Of a DNA stretch of 64,000 nucleotides, positions 13,198 to 26,938 are shown in pieces. Source of the stretch: Dimorphilus gyrociliatus (lineage: Eukaryota; Animalia; Annelida). Positions within the stretch are counted from its first letter, which is position 1. Each line of letters starts with the position of its first letter. Location of the stretch: positions 310,001-374,000 of the forward strand of contig CAJFCJ010000003.1 in NCBI GenBank assembly GCA_904063045.1, in the 5' to 3' direction. The notes under the pieces were generated by a model, which had not been told where the DNA came from, made no database searches, and saw only the letters and a list, made by a program, of their open reading frames with translations. Position numbers and translations under genes: made by a program.

Positions 13198-16100
13198 ATG
13201 GTGACAATTTTTTGGCTTGTTTTACTCTACTCTATAGCAATTAAGGGACAGGAGTTTCCTTCTTTGGCAGAAAGGTTAGTGATGTTAAGGATAATCGGAC
13301 AATCTTTTAAACAAATAAAATAATTGAAATAAAGAGGAACGTTTAGCCACGACAAAAGTTTTATTAATAATCATCTCTATAGTGTGTGCATGCATAAATT
13401 GAACAGATGAATTTATTCATATGATTAAAAGGTGTATAATGTAGTATCTAATACATGTATACAATATAAGGCTTATTAATTTCTATATGCCGATAAGGAG
13501 AACAAATGAAAAGTATACCAATCGATTTTAATGGATATTTAAAATTGAAGATGTTGTAGTCATTGTATTTTATTATGATAAATAATTATTATTAGCTTTA
13601 TTGTAGAAATCTCTCAGGGAAAAAAGTTAATCATTTACTGTAGACTGAGCATAAGATTTTATCAAGTAGAAAAAATATCTGGGACATTTTAGTGAATTAT
13701 TTCAATCACTTACATCGGCAATCATATATTATTGATTATAATATAGTTTATCTTCTCTCCTAATATTATCTAATTGAACAATTTTTGTATTCTTTGTTTC
13801 TGCTATACCTTTTAACTTTTCCTTTTAGGGTGACAGTTAAAAGGGGTAGTTTTCTTTTTATTACGGATGGCGTTTCTCTCTACTGTCAGCTTATTTAAAC
13901 GGCTTTTTTCTCTTTCTCTTTTTACGAAATAGGAATTGAATTAGATAAATTACAGATTTTACCATGTCATGCTATTCTCTCATAATTCTTTTTGTTTAGT
14001 TAATAGAGAGTTAATTACAACTTCTCGGCCACTTACTAACTTATAAATATGTCTAGGACACAGAGTAGCCCTTATTGATTTTTCTGTTCCTATTTTTTTT
14101 CAAATCTTTCTATAGGCTACCAATGAGAGGGAAACAACACCATAAACGTACTCTATGACGTAATAGTTTTATTGAAAGGTTAATTGATTAATGTCATGTG
14201 TAGGAAACTTGGACCTTGAAACACCGGTTCAGAAATATTTAAATATGTCTGGTTTATTCCATTAAGACTGAATTCATTAAAGAGAGAACAGCATTGAAGT
14301 GAAATGGAGAATGTTGTTAAATGCAAATATGTTGAAAATTAAAGATGCATACTTTAACATCAAGTTATCCATACAAATTTGCAGTACACTTTTCCGCAAA
14401 CGTCGTAGATTTAGTTTCACGCATCCGTGAAAGAATTACATATAAAAGAAACAGTAAAGATATAAATCCTTCGTTTGTTGTTTTATTAGCTTCCCAAATG
14501 GAACTTTACCACTATCCGACGAGAAACGTTTAACTCAACGTCTTTTAACAATTCTGCAAACTACTGGAAAAGAGGGAAGGCCCGTTTTGAATTATTCTCA
14601 GTCTAATAGCGTCAAATTTGGTTTGGGTCTAATACAGATCAGCTTGGACGAGAAAGAAAAAATTTTAATTACAAGCATGTGGTCACAGTTGGTAAGTTCC
14701 ATTAGCTTAATAAATTAGCAGATTAACAATGGCTATTTGGCTAATAAGATGAACAATAAGCTACTAATGATTCAGATCCGTATAGCATTTATTCCATTGT
14801 TTCTACGTCCGTTTTTAAAATATCAAGAAAATTTTTTTTAAAAAGAATATGTAGACTATCGCTTAGTCAAAGTTTACACTTTTCCTGCCTGTCCATTTGT
14901 TTGTCGGTTTTGTGCTTCTTACCTCTCTCCACCTGTCTATCTCCAAACCTAAAAATAGAGTATACATTAATTTAAACAACCTGTAGACAGTATATAATTA
15001 CATGTCATTCTTTCCATCTAGTATTTCTAGTATTTCTCAATTCAAGTTGGTGTTATTATTAAATAATATTTTATAATATTAAGAAATGGAAAAGAGAGAG
15101 AAAGAGAGGGAGACAGAGAACGAAGAGAGAGAGAGTATGTTAAATAAGTTCGTAAAGGAAAAACGAAGAATAGCAAAAAAAGTAATCAAAGACTTTTACT
15201 TTAAAAGCGAAAAGCTTTTGATTTTAAGAGTCGAAACTTTCTACGTTAAACTATTACATGATTTAAGAAATATGCAATTTAGTTTAATATACATATTTAA
15301 TACATTAGATCCATATACAATATATGTATAAATGTGTTACTATCTTGCTCTTTACAATGTAATAATATAGAGAAAAAAGCGATTAAATTTAATTCACATA
15401 CAGAAACAGTTTTAATAATATATCTTATTGTAATTTGATCAATTATTTATAATATTTTATTGTATTTTGACACTTCTCTTCCGCTAAAAACATACTACAT
15501 TCGTTTAGTAATTAATATATAATTAATATATTATTTATAATGGTCTCCTCCTCTCCTCCTCCTCCTCCTTCTTCGTATTCTCTCTCTCTCTCTTTATTCA
15601 TCTTTCTTATTTTTCTTTCTATCTCTTACTCGTCTTGTCTTTTACAATCGCACTAAATGTTTCATAAATTGAGTAAAGAGTCGGTAGTTTGAATTAAGAA
15701 TAGTTAGAATATCTAAAAGTGATTAGATTGAAGGGTATAGCTGAATTGTTTGTCTAATCTTTAAGAGAAAAAGTTTGAAAGGTATTTTTTAATCTTTATT
15801 TATCTGTTCTTAGAAATTATATATCAATTAGAGTTTAGCAAGTGCACACTACGTGATGATGATATTTTATAGTGAGACTTAAATATTCGAAGGGCAGGGT
15901 AGAATTTCCGTTTTCACTTCTAAAAGTAGTTTAGATATTTTACATCTTACTGCTCCTCTCATCTTCGAGCTGACGGTACTTCATCAAAAAGTAACAAATC
16001 GTGTGATACTAAGCAATTTTTTAAAATAATAATGCTAATGAAAGTAATTCTCCCCTGCTTTAACTATATGTCTCCGTTACTGTCTTCTTTCGTTCGTATA

Positions 16101-19100
16101 TCCTGCTTTATTCATGGATTGTTAATTCTATTTAGAAATGGAAAGACTTCTACTTGAGATGGAACCCTGGAGATTACGGAAATATTAGTCAAGTCAGATT
16201 AGAGGCTGATAGAGTGTGGATCCCTGATATAATGTTATATAACACGTAAATATTTATTATATAGGTGATAAAGAAGCAAAAAACATGTTTTTATAAATCA
16301 AAGATAAATGCAAGTGTTATGAAATATCTCTCTTTTATTAATATTACTAAGGGCTGACCCAAAAAACGCCGCAAGAAATGCCTTAGTCATGGTTCAGTAT
16401 ACAGGCGAATTAACGTGGGTACCGCATCAAATATTCAAATCTTCTTGCTCCATTGATGTAACAAATTTTCCATTCGACAAACAGGTAAGTCAATCATTAC
16501 GGAATGTAATACATATTTAAGATACATTGGGAGGAATATCACTATAAAAACAGAATCAATTTTGCAATTTCGGTAATTTTAACAAATTATGTCGTATAGT
16601 ATATTATTAAAGAAACGTTAACAAATATAACAAAGTGATGTTTGTAGAATTATTTTAACTTAACTAATTATTACATATAGATTGAAAATAGATAAACTGA
16701 TTGCAGAAGTGCCATATGTGGTTTGGTTCATGGACTCATTCCCGAAGGGAGATTGATATAGAATTAAGCTTTCCAGAAGGGATAGATCTAAGGTTATTAA
16801 ATTTAATTCTTTTGTTTTTTATTTTCTTTGGAGGAAGAGAGAGAGAGAGAGGGAAGAAGGACTGCAAATAATTATTAAAATATTTTAAATGTTTACTCTT
16901 TCCCTTCCTCTTAACATGCAATTACATAAACAAGATGTTAGTTGATTTTTAAAGGAAATATTGAGTCTAAAATAAGAAGAGACAAAATGTCTCCTACTAT
17001 TTTGTTAGTCATATCACTTATTTAGGTAGGTTTTTTTGTTTTCCTTCCTTTTCAAAAATTAGGACTTTTTACATTATAAAATAATAATGACAAATGTTAT
17101 AAAATATTATGTAATAAATGGAATTAAACATGAGTTTTTGTCTGAAAATAGTATTTTAAAATATTCCTTTTCAGTTTAAATGACCTGTAGAGTGTAAAGT
17201 GAAAATGTGTATAACCTTATGGTATAACCTTATAGTATAATATTTATTATACATTTCTGGCTTCCTCTTTCTCCTTCTCCCCCTCCCACTCCTCCTCCCA
17301 CTCCTACTCCCACTCCTACTTCACTCTTTTTCAGACTAAGAGAATTGCAAAACTGTTATTTTATTTTACTTTTTCAGCACTTTTCAGTCCGACTATAAAG
17401 ATTCAAGTGAATGGGATATAGTCAATCCAGAGGCAGAAAAACGCTACCTACCTGGTAATCAAACTAACGCCTTCGCTGTTATAACTTTTACGTTAACGAT
17501 GCAAAGAAAAGTGATGTTTTCGACATATATTCTCACATTACCATGCGTTTTTTTGGCTTTATTAACGTTGGTTGTGTTTTGGTTACCCCCAGATAGGCCA
17601 GATAGAACTGGTTTAGGTAAATAACCATTAACCTATAAATTTTATTTCCTCTTCGAATGTCAAGTATAAGAACTTAAGATAAAAATATTATACCTTTTTA
17701 TATCAATTTATTAAAAACCTGACATATTATTGTTGAGAATAACAATGCGGATTAGGGAAAAAACTAAATTGTGAGAGTTTATTCCTTTTACAACTTTTAA
17801 TTAGTGTACGAATGGAAACTTTACGTTGTTATCGAAGACATGCTTAGGCGGTAAATGAACCGTGTCTACTCTGTCCTCTTAGAGAAGACTAGACGACAAA
17901 CAACTCAACCTTGTAGCTCATTCATCCTAATTAGAATAATAGCAGAAAGCGAGTTAGGAGATTTTTAAATAGTGGTGAAAGATAAAACAGAAAAGAATGA
18001 AAAACCGCTTTTTTTGGTTGTTTAAATGAAGTAAATGAGAAGATAAATTGAAAATTAAAAAGAAAACTACTGAATGAACTCTAAACAATCGATAGATAAA
18101 TAAATGTGTAACGGCTTTTATCTTAACTAAACATCTCATTTATATGTCGATTAGACAAAAGGAAAGGGGACGATAGGCCTAAAATCTTTTGTATTAACGA
18201 TTGATGTAACAAAGTTGTTGTTTTAATAGCTTTAACAAATCCTTAGAACGGCTTTCAGTTTTCTATCTACTTGTCTTATAGTTAATTATATATTTCTGAT
18301 TGAATTACTCTTTTTTCTTTTCCTCCTTGGTGGGGGGGCTATTGTGTTCAGCAATGAGCCTTTTTGCCTCTTTTCTAGTATTACTGCTTATCCTTGTTGA
18401 AGCTGCTCCTCCAACTGCGTCTTCGGTACCAACCTTGGGTTAGTTGGCTGTTTTTTTTTCTGCTATACTTCTAAATGATAATATTGTTAAACAGGTCTTT
18501 ATTATTGTTTCAACATGGTAATTATAATGGTCGCTATTTGCCTTTCATCTTTAGTTGTAAATATACATCAATGTGGCAATCAAAGCTACAAGAAAGTTCC
18601 AACATGGGCCAGAAAAGTTAGCTTTTTTTGCTAGATATTTTGATTTAGGCAGACGTCTAATTCTTTTTTGAATAGGCGACGCTTTAAAAATCTTATTCAG
18701 TGATTTTTTTTTATAAATTTCCTTTAATGTCTATGTAGAAAGGATAAAAAAAGAGAAATGAATAATATCCGCTATATAACTGTGTTGATAAATAAGGATA
18801 TTAGTTTGAAAAGGTTTTTCTATTCTCTCTTCTTTCTTCGTATTTCAGATATTGTTACAGTGTCTTGCACGTGTCTTGGGAATAAAATGCTGTTCAAAAT
18901 GTAAACCCTTTCAAAGGCGATTCGCTCGTAGAGATACTAATGGCTACACAAGAGACTTTACAGAGTGTACAAATTTGTTACCGAAATCCACATTTAAGTC
19001 GGCATCGGGAGATATCTCAACTACAAGCATTTATCTCTTAGAGTGTCAACTTGGAGAATTACGTGTAACCTTAAATGAGATATTAAAGAGAATAAGACTA

Positions 19101-19301
19101 AGAGAAGAGGAGAGACTGGACCAAATGGAAAGTTTTTATCAATGGAAAAGTGTTGCCAAAGTACTTGACCGTCTTTTCTTCATTATCTACGTTGGAGTAA
19201 TAGCAGTATCACTGGCTGTACTGTTTCCAAAACCGATGGCAAGTCATATATTCAGTAGTAGTCAGACTACAAAAACTGCAGCTGGTAACAATACAAATTA
19301 A
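13198..19301 (+). CDS. Nicotinic acetylcholine receptor-family (Cys-loop) subunit, non-alpha, 502 aa; exons 13198-13274, 14490-14691, 16136-16245, 16352-16484, 16707-16792, 17378-17616, 18352-18438, 18495-18616, 18849-19301
   Basis: Signal peptide [17 protein letters not shown], then [15 protein letters not shown], Cys-loop [22 protein letters not shown]1 ([22 protein letters not shown]), M2, M3 ([24 protein letters not shown]) and M4 ([13 protein letters not shown]). There are no vicinal cysteines in loop C. The exons sum to 1509 nt (503 codons) with all phases consistent. Confidence 0.95.
17285..17320. repeat. Three tandem copies of a 12-bp unit CCCACTCCT(A/C)CT in nAChR intron 5
   Basis: Units at 17285-17296, 17297-17308 and 17309-17320. 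Confidence 0.85.
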
Positions 19302-21985
19302 GAATAAACATTACTTTCCATTTAGTACTTTCAAGTATTTTCTTTTGCTAAAAATAAGAAAAATATAAATTTATTATTATCAGACTAATTTTAATGCTAC
19401 TTTTACTCCTTTGCAAAGTACTTGGGTATTTTAATCCTCCATTTCTTCCTATTTAAATAGGATTGTTATAAAATATTTATTTAAGATCTTCTCTACAATT
19501 CCAATATGGATGAACAGAGTGTGAAATATGAAGTAATAGTAAGAGAGTTCTCTCTCACTTCTAGTCTTCACAAACATTCTCCATCTAAAAAGCGACAACG
19601 CCTACGTCATTTTTTCGTGCTAGAGACATACTTAAAGCTAGCGAGAGACAGAGACAGGAAAAATAGATGGAAGAATAAAAAGAGAGCATCTAAGTGTGTA
19701 AGAAGACTTTCTTCGCATAACTTAAATTTTATTGATATAGTAGAAAAGGAAAAAAACATAGTTAGCACCGAGAAATGGTTTTATATATATATATCTATAT
19801 ACTTTTAATAAAACACAGAAAAATATTTTAGAATATGAAGAACTTGTAATAAAGCTAGAACGGATATACTTTCCTTGTTGAAAACTTGAGAGAATTTACA
19901 AAAAAAACTGCAACAACAGCAATAAGCAATCCTATAAACATTTTGAAACAAGTCGAAGAAGAAAAGTACACAACTGCAAAAAAAATTTTATATAAAAGAA
20001 AACTCCCTTTAAAATAAAAGGAGATTTTTTTGGCATTTGATCAAATAATATCATACGTAAGATGGACTCTTCTTGAAACATCAATCTGAGTCAAGTGATC
20101 TAGTTTTTGGTCATCTTTACAGTAGAAGACAAACTGAAGTCGATACCACTTATATATATGTATATATATATATATTATATATATAGAATTACTGAAGATA
20201 TTCTATATTATACGCCGTTTCATTGTTATCAATAGTTCTTTTCAAGATAGAGAAATTATCCATTCTCTTGTCTTACAAGGATTTGAGAGAGAAAAAATAA
20301 TTATCAATTTACAGAAGGAAAAGGATTTACTTTAAACCTCTTCAGAATTAAATACTAAATCTTTCGTGTTTAATTGAACCATCCTGTCTTAAATCAGCTG
20401 GTAAAGAAGGTTCAATGGTAAGAAAAAAAAATAAGATAGAAGATATAATCTCTTCTAGAGGCGTTTATTCATTTTTTTTTTGAAGGTAACGAATTTTTAG
20501 AAGGAGAAAAATCAGAATTATAATTTAAGAATTTTTAAAAAGATATAAAAAGATTTTCCTCTTTAAAGTTGATTATAAAAAGAGAACTACATACAGTATA
20601 TAATGTTAATAGTATATACTATAACAGTTGACGATTATACTTTCTTCTCAAGTATCTTTATTAAAACTGTTTATTATACTTTAACAAGAATAAAAGATTA
20701 AAATGACAAATATAGTATCTAACTTCTTTTCTCTTTCGTTTTCTTCTTCCCTATGCAAACGTGTGAAATTAGTTTTTCTTCCAGTTTTTTAAATGTTGAA
20801 AAGAGAAGAAAATATTATTTAATAGTATAGATCTTTCTACATTCTAGATATGCAGTATTTCTATGATAAAGATAGGGTTAATTTATTATAAAAGATAGCC
20901 TTTAAAGTAATTTACTACTAATCCTATACATTTATATCAAACTAATAACGAAACTTGACAGAGCTCTTACTTAGCTAACAACCAAGATAGTGCCTACATT
21001 TATAGTCGAGAGATGGCGATAGTGTTTATGAAAACAGCGGTGACTTCTTTTAGGAACGACTAATAATTATACGGAATAAGATTATTGGTCAAATTTCCTA
21101 TAGGAAAATTGATATGGTTGTTTGTTGATAAATTGATTCCTCAGGAGAAATGATATCATTACGCATTGAATTACTAGTAAAAGATTAAGGTTATCTTAAC
21201 CAATTCGATAAAATGGAAATTCTCAGCTTCTTTACGGTGTCACTTTTTGCCTTTGCGCCATAGAAAAAAAGAGAGAAGAGAAACTTGATAAGAAAATATA
21301 TAAGATAGAAGATGATTGATGAATTTATCGTCTCTATTTTTCCTGTGCGCTTAAGAAACAATAACACCAATAATAAAACTATTGCAAACTATTGCAAAAT
21401 ATCGAAAATAACTAGTCTGCCAGATCGATGATTCTAACTTTTAGTCAATATAGAAAACGTGCCTATTATAATCAGTTGTATTTGTTTCGGCCTTTTTCAT
21501 AAGGAATTGTAAAAGAAACTATTAAAGTAGACTAATATAAGTAAATTCATTTCATGACCAGAATATGCAATTTCTCTACAAGTATTCAGTTTTTAATTAT
21601 CCATAGAAGAGATCCAAGCGTTTTTATCAAAAAAAGCGTTTTTTTTCCAAAAAGACGGCATACCTTCTTTATCTTCAATATATTTTTGATTTTTGATACA
21701 ATATAAATCTCTGAGAACGTTTAGATTTCCTCTTCTGTCCATCATTATGTTTAATATGCATTCATTAATTATAAACCTCAAACATTTGTAGGATATTTCT
21801 ATTCTACAGTGCCTATTTATAAAATCTAAACTAATTTCAGTATATAGGCTTGATTAATTCATTTTTAAGGTTAAGGGAGAGGAAAATATTTAGTATTTAC
21901 ATTCAATTTCTTTGAATAAATCATTTTAGATTAATACTAAAAATGAGTGATTTGTAGGAACTAAACGAAATGATTAGGATGAGAG

Positions 21986-21988
<3 letters not shown>

Positions 21989-22027
<39 letters not shown>
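21989..22027. repeat. (GA)n microsatellite
   Basis: About 19 uninterrupted GA units. Similar GA/CT tracts occur at 1741-1760, 5186-5210, 6241-6270, 11597-11620 and 26904-26930. Confidence 0.95.
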
Positions 22028-22030
<3 letters not shown>

Positions 22031-22642
22031 GTGAGTTAGATAGAAAGATGGTCCAGAAAGGAAATATCAGTCAGAGAAAAAGACAGAGAAACGAGAAATA
22101 GGGGATAAGCGAAAGATATTTCTTACAACACGAGAAAAATTGGATTTTGTCGCATTTTGTTTGTTCTTAGTAAACATTACAACTGCATTATTAACTTAAG
22201 TCAATTTACATAGCACATTTTCATCACGATGCAATTCTAGTTAGCATTTTTATCGTTTATTCGTATTTGTTTATATATACTATTAAAGATAGTTTAGTAT
22301 GAGATATAAATGATATGACTGTGCATTTTTTAAATAGATAACAAGTTACTCTCAAAAAGGAAAGCAGAATTTGGATATACATGGATAGGAAGATAGAAAG
22401 AACAAAGAAAGAAAGAGAGTAATAACAGAGAAAGGCAGTCTATGAAAGAGAGTTAAGAGAATTGATTTTATTTTAAAAAAAATAATTTTTAAAATTAATA
22501 ATTGATGAAAACATAGACACATGAATGTGATCATCCTATTCATATTTTGATATTAATGATTGATCTATTTTAGTATTTAAATATCTAAAAATAACATTAT
22601 GCAGTATATATAATCACTCACATATATGCTATGATGTCCACC

Positions 22643-25600
22643 TTAAACTCGTTTTTTTCTGCACATTATACATGATAATAATTTACAAATGATCAGCAGT
22701 ATTGTCAAGCCACTTATTAACAGAGGAAACCACACTAATAAAATATTTTCAACTTGTTCAAATACTGTTACTAGTAGCCAATTAGGACCTTGGGGATGAT
22801 ATTCAGCGCTTTCGAAACCTGCCTTCACCAGGTTTATTCCTGCTACTGCAACTAATGCTGCTGATGATAAGATGGCTGCGGTATTACTCTTAGAAGTTGT
22901 ATACGGATTAGATTGAACAATATACCAAAACGTTACACAGCAGCAGCTTAACATACATAAAAGCCTGTAGAGTGAATTGTTTATAAAAGAATAGAATAGG
23001 ATCAAAAGTAAACGTCCAATCATTAATTTACCACTCCAACATGTCGCTCCAAACTGTTTAAATGGAGATTGCAGTAAATCCAGCAAAGCTTCGCTCTCCG
23101 GAGATACTTTAACAGTTGCATTCTGTTTCCGGTATTTATAGATCCAAATAGCAAAAGTTGGAAGAGGAAATAAACAACCAAAGAAGAAACTTCCAAGACT
23201 AATTAATTTTTCTTTCAATAGTCTCGGACCGAACATGATGACTAAAGGTATGGGAATAATAAATAGTGTCACTAAGCCTATTATTCCAAGTTGGAAAGGC
23301 TGATAACATTTTACAGTTCCGTCAATAAATAAGACTTTTTCATCGTTTATATCTATACAATTTAAAAACTTAAAGGCAGTAATAGTCATTTTCTGAAAGA
23401 TGAAGAGTATAAATACTGTAAAAGCCTTTGTTAGTCTGGTTTTGAAGGAACGCCGTGAACCAGTAACCGTCCCAGAATTTTTCAACAATTTTGATATAAT
23501 AAAAAGAAACAAGAATAGAATGAAGAATCCAAGAATATCTACAGAGAGTAAGGAGACTTTTAAAATGGGTGTTAAATCTTTTATGGGGCATATTCTTCCA
23601 AGAAAATCTTCTAGAAAATTGAATAATATATCGATTCGAAGATGAAAGAAACCGCTAAGCATATTTTTAAGATATTTAAGATATCCCTTAGTAAAATTTG
23701 TGTAAACTGTGTCTATATGGAGCAACCATGCATCTTGCAAGTAATAAACAAAGATTATCAATAATCCGTTCTTATCGTTAATCGATTCATCCTTCCTTAG
23801 TAGCTCCTCGCTAGCGCTACTCTCACCAATCTGCATAGATGTTATAGTCTTTTTAGAGATATTTAATGGCTCTGTATCATCATTTAGATCGATGTGATTT
23901 TCGCATGGAATTTTTAAAACGGAACTTTTCCTTTTACAGCATGTCGACTTGATAAAATCTTCGAAATCTTCGTGAAATAGTAGTAGTATAGTGAGTAGGA
24001 CAACGAATGTGCTCTGTAGACCTACCACTAAGGTTATCGTCCACCATTTCGTACATTCCTTATTCAATAGGCAATAGGTGGAAAAATAACCTTCGCTGTA
24101 GCCTTGACGACATCTACCGCATAATATACCTTCTCTGAAAGGTGCACATTCTGACATTGAACTACACGGTAGATTAGAACAACAATAATTTTGAGGACAA
24201 TGTTGAAAAACTACTTCCTTCCCTTTAACAATGTAGCCCCAAAAATTTGGTATAGCTTTTATATGTCGGGAGCAATCACCTCCAAACGGACAATTATGAC
24301 AGGTAACATCCTTGTATTCGTAGTGTACAGCGTGGGTCTGTTTCGGAGTTTCCGAATCAATTCTTATTGCGTCATACAATAAATCCGATTGATTACTCGA
24401 AACTGAATAATTTAAAGAGCCGACATCAACCGAATACTGATTTTCGTCACACGTCTGACAATAATAAGTCAGTTGATCCAGTTGATGAGACGTTTTTAAG
24501 CCAGTACGATGGACTTGATAGGATGAAGCGTTGATTATAAGAACGCTTTGGCCAGTAGGACATTCAAAATAGAGATCTTTTACGTCTATACTCCAATAAT
24601 AATTGCCAAAGAGTAGGATAACTGGTACGTGCCTATGAGCCGTTTTTGTTTTAAAAACTGTACTCGAGATTTTCACTTTTCCATTTGAATAAACCTATAA
24701 TAATATAATAAGAATGAAAAACTGATAAATAAATCAGAAATAAACTATAAAGAAGCTTAAAAACTATGTAATGAAAATGTCTGATGTCTGTTGGATCTTT
24801 TTTATTGACGCCTCGTGCTTTTTGCAGCGTGAAGCTAGAGGGGAGAGTAAAAAGGAAAGAGAAACAAAAAAAAGGGGAAGAGAAGAAGAAAGTCGGGACT
24901 AAAACCAGGCCAATATTTCTCGAGATAGAAGACGAAGCTAATTTTTCATTTTCAAGATTCCTTCAATACTTCTACTTGAAGTTGAAGGACAAGAAATTTA
25001 TTAAAAGTTTTATAGAACAAGAAAAAGTCAGTCTTTCTTCTACTATATTGCTTTTTTTTTCGCCTCCTTTTATTGTATAACCCTTAACAAAGGTGATTGA
25101 TGGAAATTTAACCATCATATAGGCCTATAAGCTCTTTGATAAAAATAATTAGTTCTCTTGTTTAATTAAGGCAACTTACCATGTCTCCCTGCTGAGGATG
25201 AAGATCTGAATCGGAATTTTCAATTCTACATCCTTTTAAGGATAAGGCAGCAGCGTCATCGACGAAAATAGATCCACCTAAGAGACTGGAAGTATTATTT
25301 AAAAAAGTACAATTTTCCAAAGCTAAAACGCCAGTGGCTATCCAAATTGCTCCTCCTTTTCCCGCTAAATCAATTACAGCTCGGTAATCAGAGCAGTTTA
25401 ATTCGACTCTTCTACCATTTACTTTTATTTGTCCACCAATATCGGCATCTTTGTCGTAGAACGCTAGACCCCCTTGATTATTAATAAAATCGCAATTATC
25501 CACTTGAATGAGGCTATTCGGTCCCGGGGCAATTCTAATAGCAGCGCCAGCATGCCATACTTGGTTTGTTAGAAACTTTGTATGGGATATAATAATTTTT

Positions 25601-26893
25601 TCAAATTCGTAAGTTATCGTAATTGCTCTCTCATTATCCTCGAATAAGCAATTTTCAACTATAGGAATAGTATACTCCTCGCATTTCTCTTTCAGAAGCC
25701 TTTTTTCGCTGGGGTTACCAATAAAACTTAATGTGGCCTTATTCATATTTATTGCACCTTTGAAAGGATTACGATGTCTCTGAGATTTAAAGACTGAGTT
25801 TTTTATAAGAACTTTAGAACCGCAAAGTGACACATTAAGATCCAGTCCACCAAGATCAGTTTCTTGATATTTTAATACCTTCTCAAAATAGGTCGAGTCG
25901 ATGTATACATCCGTTTTATTATGTCCGATAATTTGTAATTTCGTATCGTGAATACGACTATTCGTTATTGATAATTTGAGATTTTTGCAGTAGATAATAT
26001 AATCTGATAAAGTTAGACAAGACGTTATCTTTTCACAATGTTTTATAAAAGGTTTCCTCATTGTTGAATTTTCCATACTAAAATTCAATTCATTACAAAG
26101 TTGACTAGTAAGAAAGCTTGTATTATGAAAATCAACTTCTTTAAATTTAATTGTTGAATCACTCATTAAGACTTTTCCGTGTAAAAGTCGAATGTTCTCT
26201 AAAATTATATTTGACTTATTAAATGCAAATATTCGATCTTCGGCGGCGAATTGATCGCAGCCAATAGTAGGAACTCCTCTCCATCCCTCTATTTTAATAG
26301 ATTGATTATATATTGAGTATGGCGTGTTGCATTCTTCGTAAAGATACGATTCGTTCCAAGAACCATCTACTCTGATAGTATATAATTTATCGCTATTGCA
26401 AAGTGATAGAGTATAGCGAATAGTTAGGCACGGTATAGATCTACTCCCGCATGTTTCTCGGTTAAGGCCCGAACGTGTTACGTAAAAGATGTCACTTGAC
26501 GATGAATCTAGATAGAAAGATGAAAGGAAAAGGAATTAAATTACAAAGAACCTAAGAGAGAATAATAACTCAATCGAAATCTCTTCCCAATGATGAATTC
26601 AAGCTTATAAATTAATATAAATGAGTTTGGCAAAAGATAAAATTACTGAATCAATGTTTACATACACCTAATAGTATTAGATCACATATACATGGCTAAA
26701 TAAAACGGTATATCATGAACTCGGAGTGTGTTATAGGATTGACATAAATTAGCCAATTTTAGTATCGATAAATATGATTTTCTATTATATTTCTCTTTTT
26801 GTGTTTTGTCTCTCCCACCAGATAGCGTAAAGGAAAAAAAGCTATTTTTAAATAAAATCAGAAATACATAGAAGCTGGCTTAAGGGAAACTTA

Positions 26894-26938
<45 letters not shown>

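Noticed and set aside
21094-21107. 14-bp palindrome TTTCCTATAGGAAA
   Set aside because: It is a single short AT-rich palindrome with no associated feature and is compatible with chance.
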